Below, one piece after another: positions 54,464 through 64,000 of a stretch of 64,000 bases of DNA. The stretch spans positions 1,490 through 65,489 of the forward strand of contig CAJOFY010000022.1 in the NCBI GenBank assembly GCA_905233945.1. Direction: 5' to 3'. The notes under the pieces were generated by a model. It ran no database searches, had not been told where the DNA came from, and was given only the letters and a program-made list of their open reading frames with translations. Each line of letters starts with the position of its first letter. The stretch's first letter is position 1. The DNA is from an uncultured bacterium. Lineage in GTDB: Bacteria > UBP6 > UBA1177. The position numbers were made by a program, and so were the translations under genes.

Positions 54464-56074
54464 ATGAAAAAAACTTTCTGGACTGTGCCGCTCCTGGTGC
54501 TGGCACTCTTGTTTCTGGTAAGCTGCGGAGATTCAAAGGATGAAACTCCTTCAGAAACTGACACTACCGACAACGAACCGACGGAAGAAACCGACAAGGA
54601 TTCAACAGAACCGGCAGAGACAAATGCCGACTGCGGCAACGGCATGATTGATGAAGGTGAAAGCTGCGACGGCAATGCTCAGGACTGCAGCGCAATCGAC
54701 CCCAATTACACCGGCGGAATAGCAGTATGCAAAAATGACTGCACATGGGACACAACAAACTGCCAGGGAGCACAGCAGCCTGATCCGGCTGATACTGATT
54801 CAAACGACACGGCTCCTGATAACGACCCGGATACAGGCGACACAACTCCCGGTCCTGTCAGCAGTATTGAATTTGAAAGATTCGTTGCCGACGACAATCC
54901 CAACAAACCGGCATTCGTAACAGTTGACGACCTTGACGAAGACGGTCACCTTGACATGATCGTCGCTCAGTACGGCCCAATGTTGTCAGGAAACTATGAT
55001 ATTTACTGGGGAACCGGAAAACTTGACCAGTGGACAAAAGAGACTCTGAATATCGGCGGCGACAACGGAATCAGCTTCCCTCACCCCGTAAAAGTTCTTG
55101 ATGTCAACGGCGACGGCATAAAGGACATCGTTTCTCCAAGCGGATTCCTTGCATGTCTGACAAACTGCGGGAACATTTTCTGGCTTGAAGGAACAGGCGA
55201 AAGAAACAAATGGACAAAACACGAAATCATAAAGAACAACGATCATTTCTTCTTCGACGTTTCACTTGTTGATGTCGACGGCGATGGAATTGACGACATC
55301 CTTACAAACGCAAGCCAGAAGAAAACCCTTGGCGGACAGGACGAACGCCTCATGTGGTTAAAAGGCAACGACACTGATGACAGATTTGAAAAAACTGCAA
55401 GAGTTATCTCAAGCGGAAACGGCGGACCTTTCCCGAGATTTATAGACCTCAACGGCGACGGCAAAAAAGACATTGCGCTCGCACAGTTTTTCAATTCTGA
55501 CATCTCGAAAAACGGCAGCTTCATTTGGTTCGAGCAGATTGATACCGAAAACTGGACAAAACACATTATCGACAACGAATCAGGCGAAAGCTTCATGCTT
55601 GAAATCATCGACAATCTTTACGGCGACGGCGTAAGAAGAGCAGTCGGCGTAAACCATGTCAACTCCGCGAGCAAACCCAACGGGCCGAAAGAAGGCGTCT
55701 TCATTTTCGATATTCCCGAAGATCCGACCCAGAAATGGCCCAAGAAAAACATTGCGACCGATATCCAGTCGAGGAACCTGTCAAATCAGGCTGCACCCGG
55801 TCTCTTCGGCTACGGCGACATAACAGGCAACGGCCTTATTGACCTCGTTGTCAGCGGCGACGGCGATTCCCGCGTATTCTGGTTTGAGCAGAACCCTGCA
55901 GGAACTTTCACCCAGCACACGCTTGACGGTGTTGCTGGAGCATCGATGGGAGCAGGTTCTTTCGGTCAGGCAGGCGGAATGCAGATCGTTGACCTTGACG
56001 GCGACGGAGCAAACGAAATCATCGTAACTCTTTACGAAGACAACAAAATCTATATCTACAAAGTCAAAAAATAA
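54464..56074 (+). CDS. secreted lipoprotein with the same Cys-rich module plus FG-GAP/VCBS beta-propeller repeats
   Basis: Lipobox FLVSCGD; CGNGMIDEGESCDG…CKNDCTWDTTNC; five DxDGDGxxD calcium-binding-type repeats (VDDLDEDGHLD, LDVNGDGIKD, VDVDGDGIDD, IDLNGDGKKD, VDLDGDGANE). Confidence 0.65.
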   Translation: MKKTFWTVPLLVLALLFLVSCGDSKDETPSETDTTDNEPTEETDKDSTEPAETNADCGNGMIDEGESCDGNAQDCSAIDPNYTGGIAVCKNDCTWDTTNCQGAQQPDPADTDSNDTAPDNDPDTGDTTPGPVSSIEFERFVADDNPNKPAFVTVDDLDEDGHLDMIVAQYGPMLSGNYDIYWGTGKLDQWTKETLNIGGDNGISFPHPVKVLDVNGDGIKDIVSPSGFLACLTNCGNIFWLEGTGERNKWTKHEIIKNNDHFFFDVSLVDVDGDGIDDILTNASQKKTLGGQDERLMWLKGNDTDDRFEKTARVISSGNGGPFPRFIDLNGDGKKDIALAQFFNSDISKNGSFIWFEQIDTENWTKHIIDNESGESFMLEIIDNLYGDGVRRAVGVNHVNSASKPNGPKEGVFIFDIPEDPTQKWPKKNIATDIQSRNLSNQAAPGLFGYGDITGNGLIDLVVSGDGDSRVFWFEQNPAGTFTQHTLDGVAGASMGAGSFGQAGGMQIVDLDGDGANEIIVTLYEDNKIYIYKVKK

Positions 56075-56088
56075 GTTTTATCGACTGA

Positions 56089-57363
56089 TTATTTTCCTTC
56101 ACGCATATCAAGCGTGCCAGACACCAAGTATGTGACGGTAAAAGTCAATGTGCAGCTCAGTATGACCAGCATGAAAAATCCGCCGTATCCGCATATTTCC
56201 TGAAGATAACCGGCGACTGATCCCGGCAGTATGGCCGAAAGCGCCATAAATCCGGTACATACGGCATAATGCGACGTTTTAAGCGGACCATCGGCAAATC
56301 TCATCATGTAGGCAATGTATGCAGTGAAACCGAAACCGTAGCCGAACTGATCCAATGCGATGCAGGAACCTACTATCCAGAGTGATTCAGGGTGAATAAA
56401 GGCCAGGAAAGGATATACTATGCACGGCAGTGTCAGACTCAAAGCCATCACAGGAAGGGAGCGCCTCAATCCATGCCTTGAAATGTAGATTCCGCCGAAA
56501 ATTCCGCCCGTAAGGAGTGCTGCAACTCCGGCTGAACCGCATATCAGACCGTAAGCCTCCTTGCCGAGCCCCAGTCCGCCGGAAGATGACGGATCGCTGA
56601 AAAAAGGATAGAGCATCTTCATCAGCAGCGCCTCGGGGAAACGGTAGAAAAGCATGAAAAGTACGGCGGCAAAGCATCCTTTCTTTGTGAAAAACGAGGC
56701 GAAAGCCTTTACAAAATTCTTTAACAATCCGCCGCTTCCGCCTGTTTCTGCATCCGGTTTTGACTCAGCCTGCGGCAGAACCGAAGAGTGATAGAAAGTG
56801 AGTGCAGCAAGCACAAATGCGGTAAAAATAAGAGTGATTCGCCATGCCGAAGCAGAGTTTTCAGTATATTTTTCAACCGCTCCGGCAAGAAACACAAGCA
56901 CACCCTGCCCGAAAATCATAGCGATGCGGTAAAACGTGTTTCTGATGCCGATAAAAGCCGACTGACGCCTTTCGTCAAGAGCTATCATGTAGAATCCGTC
57001 AGTCGAAATATCATGCGTGGCAGACGCGAACGCAGTAATAGCAAAGAGAAAAATGGTAACAAAAAGAGATAAACCTGAGAGCGTGAGCGCTATAAAAGCA
57101 ACTGACAAAGCGATTGTCAGCTGAGTCGCGATTATCCACCACCGCTTGCTTTTTATTGTATCCACGAACGGGCTCCACAGCGGCTTGAAAAGCCATGGCA
57201 GAGAAAGGAAACTTGTCAGTGCGGCCAGCCGCCCGTTGCTTGTTCCGAGATCTTTAAGCATCACCAGAGATACGGTGTTCACAATGAAATACGGCAGACC
57301 TTCTGTAAAATAGAGTGTCGGAACCCAGAACCAAGGTGATTTGCTCAATTTTTTCCGGAACAA
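56089..57363 (-). CDS. MFS transporter, AmpG/muropeptide-permease-like
   Basis: 12 predicted TM segments; AmpG-like N-terminus (PWFWVPTLYFTEGLPYFIVNTVS…). Confidence 0.65.
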   Translation of the reverse strand: MFRKKLSKSPWFWVPTLYFTEGLPYFIVNTVSLVMLKDLGTSNGRLAALTSFLSLPWLFKPLWSPFVDTIKSKRWWIIATQLTIALSVAFIALTLSGLSLFVTIFLFAITAFASATHDISTDGFYMIALDERRQSAFIGIRNTFYRIAMIFGQGVLVFLAGAVEKYTENSASAWRITLIFTAFVLAALTFYHSSVLPQAESKPDAETGGSGGLLKNFVKAFASFFTKKGCFAAVLFMLFYRFPEALLMKMLYPFFSDPSSSGGLGLGKEAYGLICGSAGVAALLTGGIFGGIYISRHGLRRSLPVMALSLTLPCIVYPFLAFIHPESLWIVGSCIALDQFGYGFGFTAYIAYMMRFADGPLKTSHYAVCTGFMALSAILPGSVAGYLQEICGYGGFFMLVILSCTLTFTVTYLVSGTLDMREGK

Positions 57364-57365
57364 TC

Positions 57366-59234
57366 TTAGAAAACCACTCCTAAATAAACATTCAGATAGT
57401 GGAAAAGTGATGTGTCGTGCTCGTCTGTGTCAAGCCCCGAGAACGGAACGCCGATCTGATACCTGAGTCCTGTGCGCATTCCGCTTTTGTTCGAGTAATC
57501 AATTCCGATGAAAGGTTCAATTGCATTCGGAAGCCCTTTGCCGCCGAGTGAATTGTTTTCTTTGAGAGCCATCGAATATGTTGTACCGACATAGCCTTTC
57601 AAATCATCAAGAAAGAAATATGTCAAGGTCAAACTTGCGTAGTAGCCGGCTGTAAAGCGGCCAAGGAACTGATTCCACAAAGCAGAGTTGAAGTTGTAAT
57701 CCTTGTTGAAACGGAAGTTCTCGACTGTGCGGTCACCCTTTGTCGAAGAGTTGTTGACCGAATTTCCCGGAGTGTTCCACGAATCACCCTGAACGTAGTC
57801 CGCGTCATCCGGCGAAGCGATACCGGTGAGAAGACCGATGTGGAATTTCTTAGGAATTACGCGGAATCCCAGATCTGCCGCCCATCCTACCATCTGCGTT
57901 TTGACCGATTTGTCCCTGCCGTCTTCGAGGCGGATCTTTCCGAGGCTTCCTGTAAGGAAAGCGAGTTCGGTTTTGAAAGCAAAGAACTTGTAGTAAAGAT
58001 TGAGCCATGCATCGAGTTTCCAGAGTTTTGCGCTCTGTCCGGTGTAGGCATAGACTTTGTCAGGATCAACAAAATGGTCTCCTGTCGGCTCGACTGTGCC
58101 GTCCTTTTCGTCCGATTTAACCCATTCGCCGGAGGTGTCGCCTTTCCACGAGAACATAACCATCGCACCTACTTCGACAACTGTCTTTTCATTCAGAATC
58201 TTGTTTTCAAGAACCGCCGGATCGTCCTCCTGCATCGTGAACATGAGGCTGACATTGAAGCCGTCGTCCTTCTGCGAAGCGTCAATAAAGTAGTCGTGGT
58301 ATTTGTCGAGAAGTCCCGTCGAAGCGAGATCGAAAGCGGGGATGATCTTGAATCCCATGATCGGAATCGTGAGCTGAAGCCTGTCAAGATAGTTGCCGCT
58401 CGAAAGAGTGTTGAACTTGTTTCCGTCGTTGTAAAGGATTCCAAGGCCCCAGTTGAACGGCATTCTTCCGACTTTGAGCTGACCGATAGGAGTATCGAAA
58501 ACGCCCCACAGACCTTCAAAAACTATGCTTGCCGAATTTGAAAGCTGAGCATCGCGCAAAAGTCCATTTTCCTTCTTGTCGAACTCGTAGTTGTCGGCCC
58601 CCATCGCGGTGTTGCCGAAAATCGAAAGTTTCGTGTGGATTTCCATGGTTTCGGCAATATTGATGACCGGTTCCAGATGAAGTTTCATCCACGCCCAGTT
58701 GAGAACGTGCTCGTTGGTCTTGCTCGTGACCCTTTCACCGGTCGTCGAGTCGTTGGAAACATTGTTTATGGTGTTTCTCGAAGCCATATACGGGTTGTTG
58801 CCGCTCAGTTTCATGTTGTAGGAAAAAGTGTTCGCAACATTGAAATATCCGTAAAGTTCGAAATATTTCACTGGTTTACCCTGCTGGATCTTGACAAGCG
58901 GAGCATCTGTAAGCGGTTCTTCGTCAGCAACAAACTCCTGCCCGTCCTGCAGTTCTTCATCTTTTTCAGTGGTTTCAGCGTTTTCAGCAGGTGTTTCCGG
59001 AGTCTCGTTCTGCTCAGGCTCAGGCTCCGGCTCAGCCGGTTCTTCCGCCTTTTCAGTTTCTGCCGGCACCTGTTCTTCCGCTGGAGCTTCCTCTACTTTT
59101 TTATCCTCTGCCGACGGTTCTGAAGCCGGTTCTTCCGACGCTTTGTTGGGTTCTGCACCTTCCGCCGGCGCTTCCTGCGGCAGAAGCGGGAAACTGAAAA
59201 CGAAAATCATTAGAAACAAAAATATTTTAGGCAT
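57366..59234 (-). CDS. outer-membrane beta-barrel protein with Ala/Glu/Pro-rich N-terminal extension
   Basis: Signal peptide; ~90-aa acidic PAE-rich low-complexity region; alternating amphipathic strands; C-terminal …YLGVVF ending in Phe. Confidence 0.55.
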   Translation of the reverse strand: MPKIFLFLMIFVFSFPLLPQEAPAEGAEPNKASEEPASEPSAEDKKVEEAPAEEQVPAETEKAEEPAEPEPEPEQNETPETPAENAETTEKDEELQDGQEFVADEEPLTDAPLVKIQQGKPVKYFELYGYFNVANTFSYNMKLSGNNPYMASRNTINNVSNDSTTGERVTSKTNEHVLNWAWMKLHLEPVINIAETMEIHTKLSIFGNTAMGADNYEFDKKENGLLRDAQLSNSASIVFEGLWGVFDTPIGQLKVGRMPFNWGLGILYNDGNKFNTLSSGNYLDRLQLTIPIMGFKIIPAFDLASTGLLDKYHDYFIDASQKDDGFNVSLMFTMQEDDPAVLENKILNEKTVVEVGAMVMFSWKGDTSGEWVKSDEKDGTVEPTGDHFVDPDKVYAYTGQSAKLWKLDAWLNLYYKFFAFKTELAFLTGSLGKIRLEDGRDKSVKTQMVGWAADLGFRVIPKKFHIGLLTGIASPDDADYVQGDSWNTPGNSVNNSSTKGDRTVENFRFNKDYNFNSALWNQFLGRFTAGYYASLTLTYFFLDDLKGYVGTTYSMALKENNSLGGKGLPNAIEPFIGIDYSNKSGMRTGLRYQIGVPFSGLDTDEHDTSLFHYLNVYLGVVF

Positions 59235-59243
59235 AAAACCCTC

Positions 59244-59669
59244 CTATTTATCAAGATCCTCAAGGGTTACGATTTTTATTTTGTTCTTGAGAAGAATATC
59301 TTCCGTTGCAGTCATATCCCAGGTTTTTATCGCAATCAGAGCAGTCTTTTTTCCCGATGCCAGCGTGTAGATATAGTCAATATTTATGTTGTTTTCACTC
59401 AGCAGGCGCGCAATTTCCAGAAGTTTTCCGGGTTTATCCTCAATATCCACAACAATAATCTTCACGACATTGTGCGACAGATCCATTTTTTTAAGGATTT
59501 CGCGGGTTTTTTTCGTGTCGCTGACTACAAGTCTAAGCTCGCCCAAAGCCGCCGTTTCGTTGATGGTAAGCCCTATAATATTGATGTTGCCGTCACTTAT
59601 CGATTCAAGGATTTTCTTCAAGACACCGGGTTCGTTTCTTAAAAGCACCGAAATCTGCTCAACTCTCAT
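59244..59669 (-). CDS. tandem ACT-domain protein
   Basis: Two ACT-like beta-alpha-beta-beta-alpha-beta modules; GGAGGT RBS before ATG 59669. Confidence 0.6.
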   Translation of the reverse strand: MRVEQISVLLRNEPGVLKKILESISDGNINIIGLTINETAALGELRLVVSDTKKTREILKKMDLSHNVVKIIVVDIEDKPGKLLEIARLLSENNINIDYIYTLASGKKTALIAIKTWDMTATEDILLKNKIKIVTLEDLDK

Positions 59670-59813
59670 TTTTACCTCCAAACATAAAAAAACCTGAAAA
59701 ACATATCATCTAAAAATCATCGATGTCAAAATATATTGCAGTAAGAGTAAGATTTTTTTGCCGAAAGCGCATTTTTTCCTAAAATACGGCGTTTTTTTGT
59801 TGGAGAAGTAGAA

Positions 59814-60209
59814 ATGGAAGTCAGTTTCAGTGAAAAATGTTTTGTCTGCGGAAAAAACAATCCCGACGGTCTTCATCTCGACATACACCGCGACAACGAA
59901 AAAAAAGCGGCGTGGGCTGAGATCTCGGTTCCCGATAAATTCTGCGGATGGGAAGGAATAATCCACGGCGGAATAATCTCGACTCTGCTTGATGAAATCA
60001 TGGCATATTCGGCTTTCACTCACGACGAGAAAGGTGTCACGGGCGAAATCAGCGTCCGCTTCAGAAAACCGATGCCGTCGAATAAAACGGTGAGAGTCGA
60101 AGGCTGCGTCGAATCCGAGAAAGGGCGAGTCCTCTGCACTACCGGAAAAATCACGCTCGGTGAAGTGCTGATTGCCGAAGCGACAGCAAAGATGGTCAGA
60201 CTGGATTAG
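59814..60209 (+). CDS. PaaI-family hotdog-fold thioesterase
   Basis: 131 aa; HGG (IIHGGII) motif of PaaI/YbgC thioesterases; N-terminal Zn-ribbon-like CxxC. Confidence 0.7.
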   Translation: MEVSFSEKCFVCGKNNPDGLHLDIHRDNEKKAAWAEISVPDKFCGWEGIIHGGIISTLLDEIMAYSAFTHDEKGVTGEISVRFRKPMPSNKTVRVEGCVESEKGRVLCTTGKITLGEVLIAEATAKMVRLD

Positions 60210-60219
60210 AGAGAAAATC

Positions 60220-61158
60220 ATGGTAAAGAAAACTGTTTTAGTCACAGGCGGAGCCGGTTTCGTAGGTTCCCACCTCTGCAAAGCGCTGCTTGACCGGGGA
60301 AATCACGTTGTCTGCATCGACAACTTCATCAGCGGAAGACTTACAAACATCGAGCCGCTCAAAAAAAATCCCGAATTCGACCTTCTGATACACGATGTGA
60401 CCGAGCCTTACAATTTTTACGTTGACGAAATTTTCAACTTAGCCTGTCCGGCAAGTCCGATTTTCTATCAGCGCGATCCCATAGCGACTTATAAAACGAC
60501 GGTTCTCGGCGCGATAAACGCTCTCGATCTCGCTCTCAGATGGAACGCGAAGATTTTTCAGGCTTCCACGAGCGAAGTTTACGGCGACGCTCTGGTTCAT
60601 CCTCAGCCCGAAAGTTACTGGGGAAACGTCAATCCGCACGGCGTCAGAAGCTGCTACGACGAGGGAAAGCGCGGGGCGGAATCTCTCTTTTTCGATTACT
60701 TCCGCAAGCACCATATGCGCATTAAAGTCGCAAGAATATTCAACACTTACGGCCCAAACATGAATGTCGATGACGGCAGAGTCGTAAGCAATTTCATCAT
60801 CCAGGCTCTCCAGAACCGCGACATCACGGTTTACGGCGACGGAAAGCAGACCCGCAGTTTCTGCTACGTCGACGACCTTATCCGCGGAATGCTCGCGCTC
60901 ATGGATTCCGATGATTCGGTCACAGGACCTGTAAACCTCGGAAATCCCGGCGAATTTACGATGCTTGAACTTGCAGACAAAGTCCTTGCGCAGACAGGAA
61001 GCAAATCAAAACTTGTGTTCATGCCGCTTCCCGGCGACGATCCGCGTGTCCGCAGACCCGACATAACCCTTGCCGGAAAACTTCTCGGCTGGAAACCGGA
61101 AATACCTCTCGACGAAGGTCTGAGAAGAACTATCGAATATTTCAAGGGAATACTCTGA
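60220..61158 (+). CDS. UDP-glucuronate decarboxylase (UDP-xylose synthase) / NAD-dependent epimerase-dehydratase family
   Basis: [12 protein letters not shown] Rossmann motif; YDEGKR catalytic YxxxK; strong similarity pattern to UXS/ArnA decarboxylase domain. Confidence 0.8.
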   Translation: MVKKTVLVTGGAGFVGSHLCKALLDRGNHVVCIDNFISGRLTNIEPLKKNPEFDLLIHDVTEPYNFYVDEIFNLACPASPIFYQRDPIATYKTTVLGAINALDLALRWNAKIFQASTSEVYGDALVHPQPESYWGNVNPHGVRSCYDEGKRGAESLFFDYFRKHHMRIKVARIFNTYGPNMNVDDGRVVSNFIIQALQNRDITVYGDGKQTRSFCYVDDLIRGMLALMDSDDSVTGPVNLGNPGEFTMLELADKVLAQTGSKSKLVFMPLPGDDPRVRRPDITLAGKLLGWKPEIPLDEGLRRTIEYFKGIL

Positions 61159-61170
61159 TTAAACACAAAT

Positions 61171-61205
61171 AAAAAAGGCCGGACGAATCCGGCCGAATTT
61201 TCTTG
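61171..61205. terminator. bidirectional intrinsic terminator (GGCCGGA-CGAA-TCCGGCC flanked by A-run and T-run)
   Basis: Between convergent 60220..61158 (+) and 61222..61497 (-). Confidence 0.65.
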
Positions 61206-61221
61206 GCAAAGATGAAAAAGA

Positions 61222-61497
61222 TTACTTTTTGCTTTTTTTGCCGGTTTTTTCCTTCTTTTCCTGGGAGCATACTTTACAGAATTTGTAACCGTTTTCCAAC
61301 GCTTCCTCTTCCGAAGCGAAAACTTTCGTGCAGCCTTTGCAGTTGTAGTAGCGGCAGTCGGACTTGTGGCATGTTTTTGTGTCAGGATTACAATGAATTT
61401 CGCCTGCAAAAACAAAAGCGAAAGAAAACAATACTGCTGCAAAAACAAAAACCTTCAAAAAATTTCTTTTCATAAAATCACCTCTCAAAACAAACAA
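61222..61497 (-). CDS. small secreted Cys-rich, Lys-rich protein
   Basis: Signal peptide then 8 Cys in ~55 aa (CNPDTKTCHKSDCRYYNCKGC…CKVC); no family recognised. Confidence 0.4.
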   Translation of the reverse strand: MFVLRGDFMKRNFLKVFVFAAVLFSFAFVFAGEIHCNPDTKTCHKSDCRYYNCKGCTKVFASEEEALENGYKFCKVCSQEKKEKTGKKSKK

Positions 61498-61685
61498 TAA
61501 AATAACACCTGTTTATTTAATTATAATTTCTATTTTGTCAATAAATTTTTAACAAAAATTAGAAAAATTTCTTTAAATATCAGAAAATATTAGAAATAAA
61601 AAGTTGAAAATTTGTTGAGGAAAGCGTTTTGGATTTAATTGAATATTTAGATTTTCTGCTAAAAAATTACGATTTTTGCAGCAAG

Positions 61686-63039
61686 TTATTTGTTAAATTC
61701 GTTAAGTTTGTCTTCTAGAAGTTTTTTGATCTCGGCCATTCTTTCAGGTGTTTCGGCTTCGACTCTCATGACGATGACATTCTGCGTGTTGCTCGGTCTC
61801 ATAAGTCCCCAGCCGTCTTTGAAAGTGACTCTGACACCATCGATGTCGTTGACTTCGTAACCACCGTTTTTGAAGAAATTGACAACGTTTTCAACTATCT
61901 GGAACTTTTTCGTCTCGTCGACTTCGATCCTGAGTTCGGGTGTCGAGAATGTTTCGGGGATCCCTTCAAGAAGTTTGTCGAAATCTGCTCCGTGTTTTCC
62001 GATTATCTCAAGCATTCTGAAAGCGGAATAGATCGCGCAGTCATATCCGAAGAAGCGCTGTTTGAAGAAAACGTGTCCGCTCATTTCGCCGCCGAAAGCA
62101 GCTCCTATCTCTTTCATTTTCGCTTTTATCAGCGAATGTCCCGCCTTCCACATTACAGGTTTGCCGCCGTGAGCCGCGATGTCGTCGTAAAGAGTCTTGC
62201 TGCACTTTACATCGCCGACGATCGCCGCGCCGGGAACTTCTTCGAGGACACTTCTTGCAAAAATATTGAGGATCTTGTCGCCCCAGATGATCTTTCCGTT
62301 TCTGTCAACGATTCCTATTCTGTCCGCGTCGCCGTCAAAACCGATGCCAAGATCGGCTTTGTTCTCTTTTACCGCCGCGATCATCTTCTGGATATAAGCC
62401 TCGACCGTCGGATCGGGGTGATGGTTCGGGAACCTGCCGTCCGGCTCTTCGAAAATGCTGATGACGTTGAGTCCCATTTTGCGCATGATCGGAACCGCAA
62501 CAAAGCCGCCGACGCCGTTTCCTGCATCGACAACGAGCTTGATTTTTTCTGGATGTTCGATGTGTATCGTCTTGAAAATGAACTTTTCGAAGTCAGGAAT
62601 TATGTTGTATGTGCTGTTTGTTCCCTTTTTCTCCGGGTTGAGGAAGTCATCAGCCTCCGATCCCGTCACCGTAAACCGGCAGATCGATGAGGTTGACCTT
62701 GAAGCCGTTGTATTCAGGCGGATTGTGGCTTCCGGTAATCATGACCGCGCCCTGAACATCGATGTTGAACATCGAAAAATAGCAGAGTCCCGTCGGGATC
62801 ATGCCGAGAAAAATCGTGTCGATTCCGCTGTCGTTGAAACCTTTTATCATAGCCTGTGCAAATGACGGCGAACTCAGTCTCGCGTCGTGACCGATCGAAA
62901 CTGTCTTGAAAGAAGGAAGTTTTTTCTTGTAGAAACTTGCGCACCCCCGTGCCAGATTGTAGGCGAAATCGTCAGTTAAATCGACATTTACATAGCCTCT
63001 GACATCGTACTGCCTGAAAATTGTTCTGTTGATTTTCAT
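61686..63039 (-). pseudogene. phosphomannomutase/phosphoglucomutase-family gene split by an apparent frameshift at ~62650-62670
   Basis: N-terminal ORF (62650..63039) carries the TGSHNPPEYNGFK active-site loop and stops after …VYGDGIGG*. The C-terminal ORF (61686..62669) continues in the -1 frame with canonical domains II-IV (GFDGDADR metal loop). A 1-nt indel in GGAGG joins them. Confidence 0.6.
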
Positions 63040-63183
63040 CTTTTTCTCCGCAAAAAGTCTTTAAAAAAACCGCAGTATTTTAGCAGAAATTATTTTTTTG
63101 TAAAAAAGACATTACACAATTTTTCTTGATTTAACTCGCTCCGGCAGCATAATTAGATGTTTTTTGATGTTTAAAGGTGTGAT

Positions 63184-64000
63184 TTGGCTGAAAATTTCAA
63201 AAATATTCTTGTTTTCGACGCTTCTTCCTCAAACATTTTTTTCGGCGGCGGGTGCGGCGGCAAAACTGTTTTCATGGCGGAAAATTTCGAGAAATCGAAA
63301 CTCAGCCGCTACCTTCCGGAAAAATTTGAAAAAACTGCAGAAACACTTGATTTTACGGAACTTCCGCGCGTCATCATCGGCAACGGGCCCGGCGCTTTCA
63401 CGGGGATAAAAACGGGAACGGCGTTTTTTCTCGCATATATCTATTCAATCGGAATAAAAACTGTCGAAACAGTCAGTTCGTTCTCTTTCATTTCGGCTCT
63501 TTCCGGCGAGTGTGCCGCTGAAATCAGAATCGTTCTGATTCCTTTCAACAAAGGCGAATATTTTGCGGCGGTTCTCGACAAGAACAATAAAATTCTGCTC
63601 GGCGATATTTTCATAAAACCGCCTTACGACAATATTTCTTCTTTTTTCAGCGGTTTTGCCGGCAGAAAAGCGGAAATTGTCGCTCCTCTAGAGTGCGGAA
63701 ACGAAATTCTTCCCGAACTTGAGAAGATTTTTTCAGTCAGAAATGTCCGTTTTGACGGTTTTTCTTTTGACAGAGACATTTTCAATGCGATTCCGGATAC
63801 AAAAAAAATTGATGTAACGGCGGAACCTTACATAGTCAACCACGTGATAATGCCTGCAAATCTCAATAGCAACGGCAATTTCTATGTTGAAACCCCGCTT
63901 CAGGAGGCCAAAATGACTCAGGACAGTTTTTCGCGCGAGGAAATTCTCGAAAAGTTGAAACAACTCAAGGAAGAACATTCAAAACTGAACGAAAAAACAA
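63184..64000 (+). CDS. tsaB: tRNA threonylcarbamoyladenosine biosynthesis protein TsaB (YeaZ); TTG start; no stop before window end
   Basis: ILVFDASS…; GNGPGAFTGIKTG signature. In-frame sequence runs without a stop into an AGGAGG-preceded ATG (MTQDSFSRE… at ~63913) that may be a separate downstream gene. Confidence 0.6.
   Translation, partial: MAENFKNILVFDASSSNIFFGGGCGGKTVFMAENFEKSKLSRYLPEKFEKTAETLDFTELPRVIIGNGPGAFTGIKTGTAFFLAYIYSIGIKTVETVSSFSFISALSGECAAEIRIVLIPFNKGEYFAAVLDKNNKILLGDIFIKPPYDNISSFFSGFAGRKAEIVAPLECGNEILPELEKIFSVRNVRFDGFSFDRDIFNAIPDTKKIDVTAEPYIVNHVIMPANLNSNGNFYVETPLQEAKMTQDSFSREEILEKLKQLKEEHSKLNEKT

Noticed and set aside
63733-63978. 81-aa minus-strand ORF
   Set aside because: Antisense to the tsaB-frame ORF that has clear TsaB motifs.

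Overview
This 64-kb window looks like a chromosomal segment from a Fibrobacter-like bacterium. The evidence for that placement is two lipoproteins carrying the WYLPTIDELR 'Fib_succ_major/DUF1566' module, Gram-negative gene content and moderate GC. Most of the window is housekeeping: ABC1 kinase, hpt-trmB, argS, two tRNA clusters, trigger factor, glgC plus a GH57 glucan enzyme, trxA, nadB, glyQ-glyS-lysS-nfo, the rnfCDGEA operon, a UDP-xylose synthase and a phosphohexomutase.

The most notable accessory region is a ~4.7-kb array (41.9-46.5 kb) inserted exactly at the 3' end of rnfA. It is delimited by three copies of a ~47-bp repeat and two nucleotide-diverged but protein-conserving duplicate copies of the last ~26 codons of rnfA. 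That pattern suggests serial site-specific integration that regenerates the rnfA 3' end. The array carries three cassettes: (i) a type III ToxIN/AbiQ-like toxin-antitoxin system (ToxN homolog plus 2.5 x 37-nt toxI-like repeats plus an internal terminator); (ii) a putative ranthipeptide/freyrasin-like RiPP locus (XRE regulator, 59-aa Asp/Cys-rich precursor, rSAM-SPASM maturase, unknown 142-aa protein); (iii) a VapBC-like PIN toxin-antitoxin pair.

Other findings: a Card1/Can2-like CARF plus PD-(D/E)xK nuclease gene lies operon-like after glyQS-lysS-nfo with no CRISPR-Cas in view. A DUF4258/YgiT-zinc-finger toxin-antitoxin-like pair sits at 8.4-9.0 kb. A 3.6-kb segment is flanked by 37-bp direct repeats. 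A ~120-145 bp palindromic element occurs in two copies, one of them in the rnf leader. Two genes carry apparent homopolymer frameshifts (trmB and a phosphomannomutase). A cluster of three secreted lipoproteins shares a Cys-rich module with chlorophyllase-like hydrolase or FG-GAP domains. Coordinates for features located by hand (tRNAs, repeats, hairpins) may be off by 1-2 nt.
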